Shown here in pieces: positions 22,659 to 31,848 of a stretch of 33,516 nucleotides of DNA. The stretch lies in the NCBI GenBank assembly GCA_964589565.1, contig CAZPSS010000001.1:1-33516 (forward strand), given 5' to 3'. The translations under genes were made by a program, and so were the position numbers. The first letter of the stretch is position 1. Each line of letters opens with the position of its first letter. Origin of the DNA: an uncultured Planctomycetia bacterium (GTDB lineage Bacteria; Omnitrophota; Gorgyraeia; JAFGHF01). The notes beneath the pieces were generated by a model. The model was not told where the DNA came from. It was given only the letters and a program-made list of their open reading frames with translations, and made no database searches.

Positions 22659-23924
22659 ATGAAGAACATTGCAGGTATAATACTGGCGGCGGGAGAAGGG
22701 ACGCGGATGAAATCCGCTGTTCCCAAGGTATTGCATAAAATCGGCACTAAGCCGATGCTCAAATATATGCTCCAGCTTTTCCAACAATTGGGAATTAATA
22801 GGTGCGTTGTGGTTGTCGGGCATAAAGCAGAAAAAGTGAAGGAAATGCTCAAGGGTAAAAGCGCAGTTACGACTGTCAGACAGCCAAAACTGTTAGGTTC
22901 TGCAGATGCCGTCTGGCAGACAAGGAATTCATTTTCCAATTTTAAGGGGGATGCGCTTGTTGTCTATGGAGATACGCCGCTTGTAAGCGAACAAAGTCTG
23001 AAGAAGTTAGTTCAGTTTCACAAGATGAGCCAGGCAAGCTGTACTGTTTTAACCGCTCTTTTAAAGAACCCCACCGGCTTTGGCAGAATTGTCAGAGGTG
23101 AAGATAATCGAATCGCAAAGATAGTTGAAGAACAGGATGCCGATACATATGAAAAGGCCATCGGAGAAGTCAATGTGGGCGCTTATTGTTTTAAAGCAAA
23201 AGAACTTTTTTCGGCTTTGGCGCAGATAAAGCCCGACAATGTAAAGAAGGAATATTATTTAACCGATATCATAGAAGTTTTAAGCAAGAAAAAGGCAAAA
23301 GTAGAAAGTATCTGCGCCCAGGATGAGCAGGAAGCCTTTGGGGTAAATTCGCGCCGCGATGTTTCGCGCGCTAACGCTATAATAAATAAAAGAAATATAG
23401 AAAATTTGGAATCTTGCGGCGTGACAATTATCGACCCGGCCACGACCTTCATATACGGGGATATAGAAGCCGGTCAGGATACAATTATTTATCCGCACAC
23501 CTTTATTGAAGGCAAAGTGAAATTGGGAAAGCAGTGCCATATCGGCCCTTTTGCGCGTTTGCGTTCAGGCACTATATTGGAAGATAATGTCCAGATTGGC
23601 AATTTTGTGGAGATAGTCAGGTCGAAAGTAGGCTCCGGTTCCAAGATAAAACATCACAGCTATATCGGAGATGCTACCGTAGGCAAAGGGGTGAATATCG
23701 GCGCCGGCAGCATTACCGCAAATTACGACGGAAAAAACAAGAACACTGTTTTTATTGACGATGGAGCCTTTATCGGCGTAGGCACTATTTTGATTGCTCC
23801 GGTTAAAGTTGGCAAAGGCGCAGTTACCGGAGCGGGTAGTGTGGTTACTAAAAACAAAGATGTTCCCGCCGGGGTGACCGTAGCAGGTATGCCCGCCCGG
23901 GTTCTTAAGAAGAAAAGGAAATAG
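22659..23924 (+). CDS. glmU: Bifunctional GlcNAc-1-phosphate uridyltransferase / GlcN-1-phosphate acetyltransferase
   Basis: LAAGEGTRMKS at the N-terminus and C-terminal left-handed beta-helix hexapeptide repeats (IGNFVEI, IGDATVG, IGAGSIT). Confidence 0.9.
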   Translation: MKNIAGIILAAGEGTRMKSAVPKVLHKIGTKPMLKYMLQLFQQLGINRCVVVVGHKAEKVKEMLKGKSAVTTVRQPKLLGSADAVWQTRNSFSNFKGDALVVYGDTPLVSEQSLKKLVQFHKMSQASCTVLTALLKNPTGFGRIVRGEDNRIAKIVEEQDADTYEKAIGEVNVGAYCFKAKELFSALAQIKPDNVKKEYYLTDIIEVLSKKKAKVESICAQDEQEAFGVNSRRDVSRANAIINKRNIENLESCGVTIIDPATTFIYGDIEAGQDTIIYPHTFIEGKVKLGKQCHIGPFARLRSGTILEDNVQIGNFVEIVRSKVGSGSKIKHHSYIGDATVGKGVNIGAGSITANYDGKNKNTVFIDDGAFIGVGTILIAPVKVGKGAVTGAGSVVTKNKDVPAGVTVAGMPARVLKKKRK

Positions 23925-23930
23925 AGAATA

Positions 23931-23986
23931 ACATTCATTGTTAAATTGTTACATTGTTAAATTGTTTTTTCAATGTAGCAATTTAG
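23931..23986. repeat. AT-rich stutter palindrome, family 'AACAATTTAACAAT', inverted orientation
   Basis: Positions 23936-23970 (CATTGTTAAATTGTTACATTGTTAAATTGTTTTTT) are the exact reverse complement of 21052-21086. A partial partner arm CAATGTAGCAATTTAG follows. Confidence 0.85.
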
Positions 23987-23999
23987 AAGAGGGGAAAAG

Positions 24000-24938
24000 A
24001 TGTTTGATAAATTGGCAGTATTTTCCGGTAACGGTAATCCGAAATTAGCCGAAAGCATCTCCCGGCATTTAAGAGTCAAATTAGGCGATGTCATAGTATC
24101 CAGATTCAGCGAAGGCGAGATCCAGGTTAAGATTAACGAAAATGTGCGCGGGAAAGATGTATTTGTAGTTCAGCCCACCAGTCCTCCCTCGAACGAAAAC
24201 ATGATGGAACTTTTGATTATGATCGATGCTTTTAAAAGGGCATCAGCTGCGCGCATTACCGCGGTTCTGCCCTATTATGGATATGCGCGCCAGGACAGGA
24301 AAGACCAGCCGCGCGTTCCCATAACGGCGAAATTAGTGGCGGACTTAATTACCGTAGCCGGGGCCTCCAGGCTTCTGACCATCGACCTGCACGCCGGACA
24401 AATCCAGGGGTTCTTCGATATTCCCGTGGACCATCTTTATGCCATAACTGTCTTTGAGGAATATTATAACAAGTTGCGCTTGCAAAACTTAGTGGTGGTT
24501 TCTCCTGATGTGGGAGGTATAAAGATGGCCCGGGCTTACGCCAAAAGGCTTGGTGCGGACCTGGCAATAATTGATAAACGAAGAATCAATGCCGAACAGA
24601 CCGAAGTAATGAATATAATGGGCGAGGTAAAGGGTAAAAATGCGATTATTGTTGATGATATGGTGGCTAGCGCCGGCTCATTAGTAGAAGCAACCCAGGC
24701 CTTAAAGGAACACGGCGCAGAGGATATCTATGCCGCAATTACTCATCCGGTTCTTTCAGGGCCGGCAGTGGAGAGGATTAAGAATTGCGCCTTGAAACAT
24801 ATGGCTGTCTGTGATACTATACCTGTTGAAGACTCTAAACTTCATCCCAAACTCAAGGTAATTTCGGTGGCTCCCTTGCTTGCTGAGGCAATCAAAAGGA
24901 TTCATCGCGAAGAATCGGTAAGTTGTTTGTTTGATTGA
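24000..24938 (+). CDS. prs: Ribose-phosphate pyrophosphokinase
   Basis: YYGYARQDRK, VVSPDVGG and IIVDDMVASAGS (the PRPP loop). Confidence 0.95.
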   Translation: MFDKLAVFSGNGNPKLAESISRHLRVKLGDVIVSRFSEGEIQVKINENVRGKDVFVVQPTSPPSNENMMELLIMIDAFKRASAARITAVLPYYGYARQDRKDQPRVPITAKLVADLITVAGASRLLTIDLHAGQIQGFFDIPVDHLYAITVFEEYYNKLRLQNLVVVSPDVGGIKMARAYAKRLGADLAIIDKRRINAEQTEVMNIMGEVKGKNAIIVDDMVASAGSLVEATQALKEHGAEDIYAAITHPVLSGPAVERIKNCALKHMAVCDTIPVEDSKLHPKLKVISVAPLLAEAIKRIHREESVSCLFD

Positions 24939-24959
24939 AGAGGAGCGAAGCGACGAACA

Positions 24960-25643
24960 GTGCAGAAAACAAATCTAAAGGTTAAAATAAGAGAAGAATT
25001 AGGCAAAGAGGCCGTAAAGAAACTTCGGCATCAGGGCCTTATTCCTGCGGTAGTCTACAAAGGCAAAAATTCCCTCAACATCAAACTCTCCTCTAAAGAC
25101 TTTTTTGAGGTAATCCATACCAAGGCGGGAGAAAACGCGATTGTCAATTTACAGGTAGAATCCAAAAAACCATCGCGAACCGCTATCATTAAAGAGATCC
25201 AATATCATCCTCTAAAAGGAGATATTCTGCATGTTGATTTTAATGAGATATCTTTAACCGAAACATTAACTGTAAAAGTGCCTATTGCGGTTCGCGGCGA
25301 GGCCCAGGGTATTAAAGAGGGAGGAATTTTAGAACATGTTCTTTGGGAGATAGAAGTAGAGTGTTTACCGACAGAAATTCCGGAAAACATTCCTGTAGAT
25401 GTGACTCCTTTGAAGCTCGGCGATTCAATATTAGTGAATGATTTACAGCTGCCCGAAGGCATTAAGGTCCTCACTGATTCCACGGCAACGGTTATATCGC
25501 TAAGCGTGCCTCATGCAGAAGAGGAAGAGGCCCTAAAGCCTGAAGAAGAAATGGCCGAACCCGAAGTAATTATGGAGAAGAAGCCCAAAGAGGAAGAAGC
25601 GCCTTCCGAAGAGGCCAAGGAAAAAGGTTCGGAAAAAGAATAA
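24960..25643 (+). CDS. rplY: 50S ribosomal protein L25 / general stress protein Ctc
   Basis: GKEAVKKLRHQGLIPAVVYKG and HPLKGDILHVDF, plus the acidic C-terminal tail typical of the Ctc form. GTG start. Confidence 0.85.
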   Translation: MQKTNLKVKIREELGKEAVKKLRHQGLIPAVVYKGKNSLNIKLSSKDFFEVIHTKAGENAIVNLQVESKKPSRTAIIKEIQYHPLKGDILHVDFNEISLTETLTVKVPIAVRGEAQGIKEGGILEHVLWEIEVECLPTEIPENIPVDVTPLKLGDSILVNDLQLPEGIKVLTDSTATVISLSVPHAEEEEALKPEEEMAEPEVIMEKKPKEEEAPSEEAKEKGSEKE

Positions 25644-25670
25644 CACAGATTACACCGGAAAATTATACCA

Positions 25671-26270
25671 GTGAAGGCAATCTTAGGATTAGGTAACCCC
25701 GGTTTAATATACAGGTTTAGTCGGCACAACTTAGGGTTTCTGGTAGTTGAAAAACTGGCGAGGGCAAAAAAGATAAGGCTTGTCAAAAGGGCTTTTAATT
25801 GCCTTTTGGGGCAAGGTGCATTTGAGAATCAACAGGTGCTTTTGGCCAAACCTTTGACCTTTGTTAACGTAAGCGGGCAGGCCGCACTCCTAATAGTAAA
25901 ACGCAAGAAAATACACTTAAAAGATTTGCTGATTATTTGCGATGATGTAAATTTGCCTTTAGGCAAAATTCGCATCGGGACCAGCGGTAGCGATGGGGGG
26001 CATAAAGGTTTACGCTCAATCATAGAAGCATTGGACAGTCGGGACTTTTCCCGCTTAAGGATTGGCATAGGCAGGCCTGCCCGCCCCGAATTTAGCCAGG
26101 CAGGCGGGCCGGAAGGAAAGGCAGAAGGGGATAAGCTTAGCCGGCACGTGTTAGGAAAGTTTTATAGAAGAGAAATAAAGATTATAAATGAAGCGATAGA
26201 GAAAGCTGCAGCCGCAAGTGAAGTTTGGACAAAGGAAGGCATTGCAGCCGCAATGAACAAGTTCAATTGA
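25671..26270 (+). CDS. pth: Peptidyl-tRNA hydrolase, with a 16-aa internal insertion
   Basis: LGLGNPG..Y..SRHNLGF, GGHKGLRSI and RIGIGRP...GDK..HVLGKF. GTG start. Confidence 0.9.
   Translation: MKAILGLGNPGLIYRFSRHNLGFLVVEKLARAKKIRLVKRAFNCLLGQGAFENQQVLLAKPLTFVNVSGQAALLIVKRKKIHLKDLLIICDDVNLPLGKIRIGTSGSDGGHKGLRSIIEALDSRDFSRLRIGIGRPARPEFSQAGGPEGKAEGDKLSRHVLGKFYRREIKIINEAIEKAAAASEVWTKEGIAAAMNKFN
26075..26105. repeat. 31-bp GC-rich mini-palindrome (GCCTGCC-N17-GGCAGGC) lying in-frame inside pth
   Basis: See 10163-10193: 26 of 31 nt identity in inverted orientation, with the same stem and the same 17-nt loop length. Confidence 0.65.
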
Positions 26271-26283
26271 CAGGAGGTTAATC

Positions 26284-26595
26284 TTGACAGCATATGAAGC
26301 GATGTTTATTTTCCGCCCTGATTTAAAAGAGGAAGGGCAAAAAACATTAATTAGCGAACTGGAGAAAGTTTTGAAGCAAAATCAAGCCAAAATCGAAAAC
26401 TCCGGAATATTCGGCAGGCGCCATCTTGCTTTCGAAGTAAATAAATATAAAGAAGGGTTGTATTACCTGATAAATTTTTCGGCTTCAGGCGATGCAGTTA
26501 TTCCGAACCTAAAACAGGCCTGCAAGATAAATGAAGATGTCTTAAGGACGCTAATTATTAAGCGAAGCCGCATTGAGGGAGGAAAAGATGGCTAA
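26284..26595 (+). CDS. rpsF: 30S ribosomal protein S6
   Basis: YEAMFIFRPDL...; AGGAGG lies 7 nt upstream of the TTG start. The gene order rpsF-ssb-rpsR supports the call. Confidence 0.9.
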   Translation: MTAYEAMFIFRPDLKEEGQKTLISELEKVLKQNQAKIENSGIFGRRHLAFEVNKYKEGLYYLINFSASGDAVIPNLKQACKINEDVLRTLIIKRSRIEGGKDG

Positions 26596-27046
26596 CTTTA
26601 ATCGTGTATTTTTGATGGGCAATCTGACCCGCGACCCGGAATTAAGATATACCCCCAACGGGACCGCAGTAACTAAGTTGGGAATTGCCGTAAACAGAAG
26701 ATATAAAACCCAGACCGGCGAAGTAAAGGAAGAGACCGCATTTATTACCGTGGTGGTTTGGGGTAAGCAGGCAGAGACTTGCTCTCAGTTCTTAAGTAAA
26801 GGAAGGCCCGTATTTGTAGAGGGCAGGCTACAGTCGCGTTCCTGGGAGACTCAAGATGGGCAGAAGCGGAATGTGTTGGAGGTGAACGCTTCGCGTGTGC
26901 AGTTCTTAGGCAAACCTCAAACTGCAGGAGGGGCCGCTGGCTCAAAAGAAGAAGACTCGCTGGAGGCTCTTCTAAGAGAGGATAGCCAGAATCCACCCTC
27001 ACCTGGCGAAGAAAAAGAAGCCGGCTCAAAAGAAGTACCTTTTTAA
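26588..27046 (+). CDS. ssb: Single-stranded DNA-binding protein
   Basis: MANFNRVFLMGNLTRDPELRYTPNG (OB fold), a Gly/Pro/acidic tail and a terminal ..EVPF. I prefer the ATG at 26588, after GAGGGAGG, over the track start at 26573. Confidence 0.9.
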   Translation: MANFNRVFLMGNLTRDPELRYTPNGTAVTKLGIAVNRRYKTQTGEVKEETAFITVVVWGKQAETCSQFLSKGRPVFVEGRLQSRSWETQDGQKRNVLEVNASRVQFLGKPQTAGGAAGSKEEDSLEALLREDSQNPPSPGEEKEAGSKEVPF

Positions 27047-27095
27047 TGAGCACACAACTTATGGAGCACAAGCTAAAGGAGATTCGGTGAACTAA

Positions 27096-27347
27096 ATGGT
27101 TAAGATAAAGAAGAAAAAACGGCCGAAAAGGATCTTCCCTTTCAGGAAAAAGACCTGTCTATTCTGCACCGAGAAAACCAAGGAAATAGATTATAAGGAT
27201 GTATCTAAATTAAGCAGGTTTATTACCGAAAGAGGCAAGATATCTCCCCGGCGGATATCGGGAGTCTGCGCCAGGCATCAGAGGCGACTGGCCCGCGCAA
27301 TTAAAAGAGCGCGCCAGATAGCGCTTCTTCCTTTCGTGAAACAATAA
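27096..27347 (+). CDS. rpsR: 30S ribosomal protein S18
   Basis: CLFC...IDYKD...[38 protein letters not shown]. Confidence 0.95.
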   Translation: MVKIKKKKRPKRIFPFRKKTCLFCTEKTKEIDYKDVSKLSRFITERGKISPRRISGVCARHQRRLARAIKRARQIALLPFVKQ

Positions 27348-27351
27348 GTGA

Positions 27352-27500
27352 GGACATAAGTTATGGAGCTTTTGTTTTTAGGAAGATGCGACATAACTTA
27401 TATGTCCGAACTTACCCCCCCCTGATTTCTTCGAAATCAAAGAAGGGGGGATTAATTCGCGCTTATCACTTAGCTTCACTACCGTTCGCTAAGTGATGCG
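27352..27500 (+). promoter_or_regulatory. Three consecutive hairpins filling the rpsR-rplI spacer (candidate structured leader or terminator set)
   Basis: H1 is GGACATAAGTTAT (27352-27364) with ATAACTTATATGTCC (27393-27407). H2 is a C8 run (27415-27422), then TGATTTC-TTC-GAAATCA, then a G6 run (27445-27450). H3 is ATCACTTAGC (27465-27474) with GCTAAGTGAT (27488-27497), ending 12 nt before the rplI ATG. Confidence 0.5.
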
Positions 27501-27509
27501 CTCATTAAA

Positions 27510-27953
27510 ATGAAAGCTATTCTCAAAAAAGACATTGAAAAATTGGGTAAAACAGGCGACCTTGTCGACGTAAAGACAGGCTTCGCCAGAAACCTTCTGT
27601 TTCCTAAAGGGCTAGCCCTGCCGGCAACACCCATTAATTTAAAGCTCGTAGAACAGCAAAAAACGAAAGTGCGTCTTTGCCTGGAGAAAGAAAAGAAAAA
27701 AGCCCGGGAATTAGCGGATAAAATTAACTCCACTTCATGCACGATTTCTGTAAAGGCAGGCCAGGACGGCAAGCTTTACGGCAGCATAACTACTCAGGAT
27801 ATTGCCCAGGCTTATAAGTCGGAGGGAGTGGATATTGATAAAAGAAAGATAGAGCTGCCTGAAGCAATTAAAGAAGTAGGGGTTTTTAAGATAAAGATAA
27901 GATTGCATCCCGAGGTTACTGCAGAAGCAAAGGTGTGGGCGGTGAAAGAATAA
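27510..27953 (+). CDS. rplI: 50S ribosomal protein L9
   Basis: MKAILKKDIEKLGKTGDLVDVKTGFARNLLFPKGLA. The 147 aa length is typical. Confidence 0.9.
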   Translation: MKAILKKDIEKLGKTGDLVDVKTGFARNLLFPKGLALPATPINLKLVEQQKTKVRLCLEKEKKKARELADKINSTSCTISVKAGQDGKLYGSITTQDIAQAYKSEGVDIDKRKIELPEAIKEVGVFKIKIRLHPEVTAEAKVWAVKE

Positions 27954-27955
27954 TA

Positions 27956-28080
27956 ACAAATTTCAAAATCCAAAATCCAAATAAAATCCAAATTTCAAAT
28001 TAGCAAATTTAACATTTTGTTTCATTATTTGATATTTGAGATTAAGTGATTTATTTGTCATTTGAGATTTGTTATTTGGT
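27956..28080. repeat. AT-rich stutter palindrome (AAATCCAAA / TTTGAGATTT words)
   Basis: The left arm AAATTTCAAAATCCAAAATCCAAATAAAATCCAAATTTCAAATT faces the right arm ATTTGATATTTGAGATT...TTTGTCATTTGAGATTTGTTATTTGG. Confidence 0.7.
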
Positions 28081-28104
28081 ATTAACTTATAGTAGAAACT
28101 TGAA

Positions 28105-29466
28105 ATGGCGATTAGAGCTGTTAACGATGTAAAAGATATAACATTAGAGAAGGTGCCGCCACAGAGCCTGGAGGCGGAGATTGCCGTGTTAGGTTCGATG
28201 TTGATCGAAGAAGAAGCTATCGGCCAGGCAGTAGAGGCGGTTAATGCCTCTTTTTTTTATAAGAATGCGCATAAAAAGATATTTCAGGCTATAGTGGACT
28301 TATATAGCTTAAATAAGGCGGTAGATTTGGTTACCTTAACTGAGGAGTTGAAAAGAACAACCAGCCTTGATGAAGTGGGAGGTGCGGCCTATCTTACTGA
28401 GTTGACCGCAGCCGTACCCACAGCAGCTAATGTTCAGCATTACACTAAGATTGTTAAGGAAAAGGCAATCCTGAGGAACCTGATTAATACGGCTACGCGA
28501 ATTGTCACGCAAAGTTATGCCGGCCTTCAGGATGCCAGCGTCATTCTGGATAAAGCGGAAAAGGCGATTTTCGATATTGCCAGCTCACAAATGCAGGGGA
28601 TATCGGTGTCTATAAAAGATATTATTAAGGACAGCATCGAGACTATTGAGAGATTCTATCGCAGAAAGGCGCATGTTACGGGGCTTTCTACGGGCTTTGA
28701 CGATTTAGATATGATGACTGCGGGTTTGCATAACGGAGAATTAATAATTATTGCCGGGCGCCCTTCTATGGGTAAAAGCGCCCTGACCAGCTGCATTGCC
28801 GAACATATCGGAGTGCAGGAACAAAAGGCGGTGGCTATCTTTAGCTTAGAGATGGCTAAAGAACAACTGGTGCAAAGAATGTTATGTTCCCATTCGCGCG
28901 TTGAGCTGCAAAAGGCCAGAAGCGGTTTCTTAAGCCAGGCCGATTGGCCGAAACTTGTAACCGCAGCCGGTAAACTGGCCGAAGCCCCCATCTATATAGA
29001 CGACAGCGCCGGTCTAACATCCCTGGAGTTGCGCGCCAAAGCCAGAAGGTTGAAGAGCCGCCACAATATTGAACTGATTATTGTAGATTACCTTCAGTTA
29101 ATGAGCGGCTCTACCAGAATAGAGAACCGCCAGCAGGAAATTTCGGAAATATCCAGGTCTTTAAAGACGTTGTCTAAGGAACTTAATGTGCCTTTAATCG
29201 CCGTTAGCCAGCTCTCCCGCGCACCCGAAAGGAGAGAAAACTTCAGGCCCCGGCTTTCCGACTTAAGAGAATCCGGCGCCATTGAGCAGGACGCTGATGT
29301 AGTAATAATGCTCTTTCGCGAGGAGTACTATAATCCCAAGGAAACAAATAAAGGCATTACGGAAGCAATCATCGCCAAACAAAGAAACGGGCCGGTGGGT
29401 TCGCAGGAGCTGCTCTTTTTAAGCGAATACACCAAATTTGAAAACTTATCGAAACGGGAGGAATAA
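28105..29466 (+). CDS. dnaB: Replicative DNA helicase
   Basis: PPQSLEAEIAVLGSML, Walker A GRPSMGKSAL, IIVDYLQLM and SQLSRAPE. Confidence 0.95.
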   Translation: MAIRAVNDVKDITLEKVPPQSLEAEIAVLGSMLIEEEAIGQAVEAVNASFFYKNAHKKIFQAIVDLYSLNKAVDLVTLTEELKRTTSLDEVGGAAYLTELTAAVPTAANVQHYTKIVKEKAILRNLINTATRIVTQSYAGLQDASVILDKAEKAIFDIASSQMQGISVSIKDIIKDSIETIERFYRRKAHVTGLSTGFDDLDMMTAGLHNGELIIIAGRPSMGKSALTSCIAEHIGVQEQKAVAIFSLEMAKEQLVQRMLCSHSRVELQKARSGFLSQADWPKLVTAAGKLAEAPIYIDDSAGLTSLELRAKARRLKSRHNIELIIVDYLQLMSGSTRIENRQQEISEISRSLKTLSKELNVPLIAVSQLSRAPERRENFRPRLSDLRESGAIEQDADVVIMLFREEYYNPKETNKGITEAIIAKQRNGPVGSQELLFLSEYTKFENLSKREE

Positions 29467-29470
29467 TTTC

Positions 29471-31804
29471 TTGAAAAAGACCCCTTTTCCCGGAAGTCAG
29501 AAGTCAAATTTTTCTATCCTCTGTCCTCTGTTTTCTGTCCTCTGTTTTCTGTTTTCTGCTTTCCATCCTCTGTTTCTGGCTGAGGCGCAAACTCAGAAAT
29601 TAGTTATCGGGGTGGAGGTGGAAGGCAATAAGAATATAAGCGGCGCCACCATTCTTGCTAAAGTCAGGACAAAGGAGGGAAAAGCCTTTTCCCAGGTAAT
29701 CGCCAGCGACGACCTCAAACGCCTGTATGCCCTCGGTTATTTTGCCGATATCAAGATCGACCTGCGGGACTACCAGGAAGGGGTAAAGGTGGTCTTTCGG
29801 GTGGAAGAACTGCCCATTTTATCAAAGATTATGCTTTCGGGAAACAAATCCATCCGCACGGAAAACCTGGAGAAATTAATTAAGTCCCAAACCGGAGAAT
29901 TCTTCAACCTCCACCAACTTAAGCAGGATATGCGGGATATTCAGAAGGCCTATGAGGCCAAAGGCTTTCCCCTGGCGAATATCGATTACCAGATGCAGGT
30001 CGATGAAGAGACCAATGAAGCGGAAGTTGAGATTGGCATTCAGGAACAGGCGCGGGTCAAAATTAAGGAAATTTATGTTGAGGGAAACCGCTCTTTCTCG
30101 GACAAAAGAATATTGAAACTTATGCGCACACGCCGTGATACTCTATTTACTTCCGGTTTATACAGAGAAGAAATTTTAGATTTGGACCTTGAGCGAATTG
30201 CGTCATTTTACCAGCAAGACGGTTTTTTGGATGTCCATGTAACTTCCGAGGAGTCCTTTGGGCCGGAGAAGAAAAGGATGTATATTACCATTAAGATAGA
30301 AGAAGGCAAACAGTATTTGGTGGGCGAAATTAAGATTCAAGGTGTGGTTATCTTTCCGGAAGGCCGGCTAAGAGAGAGACTTTTGATGAGGCCGGACGAT
30401 ACCTTTAATAAAGATGAATTGAAATATGATATTTCCAATGTCCAGAGCTTTTATTTCGAAAAAGGATACATATCTGCCGAAGTGGATGTAGATACGAGCT
30501 TGAATGAAAAAACCGGTAAACTGGACCTAATCTATAGAATAGTGGAAAACGAATTGGCTTACATCGATAAGATTAAGATTAGAGGCAACACCAAGACGCG
30601 CGACATTGTAATCAGGCGCCAGATGCGCTCTTATCCCGGAGAGGCCTTTGACGGAGAAAAATTGAAACGCAGCAAAGAAAGGCTGTATAATTTAGGATTC
30701 TTTCAGGAAATCAGTTACGATACAGAGCGAACATCGGAGCCGAATAGAAAAGATTTGGTTGTCAACGTCAAAGAAGCCAAAACCGGCGAGTTTGCTTTTG
30801 GGGCGGGCTTCAGTTCCGTAGAAAGATTTGTCGGCTTTGTGGAAATAGCCCAGAGAAATTTCGATATTGCCAACTGGCACACCTTTACCGGAGCAGGCCA
30901 GGACCTCAGGGCGAAAGCAGAATTTGGCACAAGCCGGCGGGAATATGAATTAAGTTTCACTGAGCCCTGGATATTCGGTTATCCTCTGTCTTTCGGCATA
31001 GACGGTTACAGCAGAGTCCACGAGCGTTCCGGGACTACCGGATACAGCTATGATGAACAGAGGCAGGGCGGAGATATTCGTCTGGGAAAGGAATTCAGCG
31101 AATTTGTGCGGGTAAATTTAATGTATAAACTGGAGAATGTGGATATCTCTAATGTTGCCGATGAGGCCTCTGACGATTTAAAAAATGAAGTGGGAGAAAA
31201 TGCTATCAGCAGCCTGTTGTTAGGCTTGACGCGGGACAGCCGCGATAATATCTACAATCCCAGCGCAGGGCTTGTCTTATCCGCTTCGGGTGAGGTTGCG
31301 GGCGGGCCTTTAGAAGGAGATAAAGATTTTTTCAGGATAATAGGCACATTTGATTTTTATAAGACCTTGATGAGGGAACTGTTGTTAGAGTTGAAATTAG
31401 TTGCCGCAGGGGCGGACACCTATAGCGACACAGCTACCCTGCCCATATATGAGAGATTCTACGCCGGAGGCACCAATACCATCAGGGGCTTTAAAGAAAG
31501 AGCCGTAGGCCCAAAAGATGTTTCCGGAGAGCCTATAGGAGGGGAATCTGCCTTGTACGGCACCTGCGAGTTTACTTATCCTCTATTTAAGATGATTAAA
31601 GTCGCTGCCTTTTACGATTTCGGCAATGTTTGGGAGAAATTAGGGGATTTTGCCAACGGCGACTTTAAGTATAGCGCGGGATTAGGCGTAAGGGTCAAAA
31701 CGCCGATGGGCCCTGTAAAATTAGATTACGGTTATCCCCTGAAGGTTGCTGCGGGGGAGGAGGAAAAGGGCCGCTTTCACTTTAGTATGACTCGGGGGTT
31801 TTGA
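29471..31804 (+). CDS. bamA: Outer membrane protein assembly factor BamA
   Basis: POTRA-like repeats, a C-terminal barrel ending in ..FHFSMTRGF, and RGF/YAGG motifs. I prefer the TTG at 29471, 9 nt after GGGAGG (29456-29461). The frame is open from 29438, inside dnaB. Confidence 0.9.
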   Translation: MKKTPFPGSQKSNFSILCPLFSVLCFLFSAFHPLFLAEAQTQKLVIGVEVEGNKNISGATILAKVRTKEGKAFSQVIASDDLKRLYALGYFADIKIDLRDYQEGVKVVFRVEELPILSKIMLSGNKSIRTENLEKLIKSQTGEFFNLHQLKQDMRDIQKAYEAKGFPLANIDYQMQVDEETNEAEVEIGIQEQARVKIKEIYVEGNRSFSDKRILKLMRTRRDTLFTSGLYREEILDLDLERIASFYQQDGFLDVHVTSEESFGPEKKRMYITIKIEEGKQYLVGEIKIQGVVIFPEGRLRERLLMRPDDTFNKDELKYDISNVQSFYFEKGYISAEVDVDTSLNEKTGKLDLIYRIVENELAYIDKIKIRGNTKTRDIVIRRQMRSYPGEAFDGEKLKRSKERLYNLGFFQEISYDTERTSEPNRKDLVVNVKEAKTGEFAFGAGFSSVERFVGFVEIAQRNFDIANWHTFTGAGQDLRAKAEFGTSRREYELSFTEPWIFGYPLSFGIDGYSRVHERSGTTGYSYDEQRQGGDIRLGKEFSEFVRVNLMYKLENVDISNVADEASDDLKNEVGENAISSLLLGLTRDSRDNIYNPSAGLVLSASGEVAGGPLEGDKDFFRIIGTFDFYKTLMRELLLELKLVAAGADTYSDTATLPIYERFYAGGTNTIRGFKERAVGPKDVSGEPIGGESALYGTCEFTYPLFKMIKVAAFYDFGNVWEKLGDFANGDFKYSAGLGVRVKTPMGPVKLDYGYPLKVAAGEEEKGRFHFSMTRGF

Positions 31805-31848
31805 TAAAAAAGTAGAAAGTAGAAAGAAAAAAGAAGGGAGTAAAAAAG

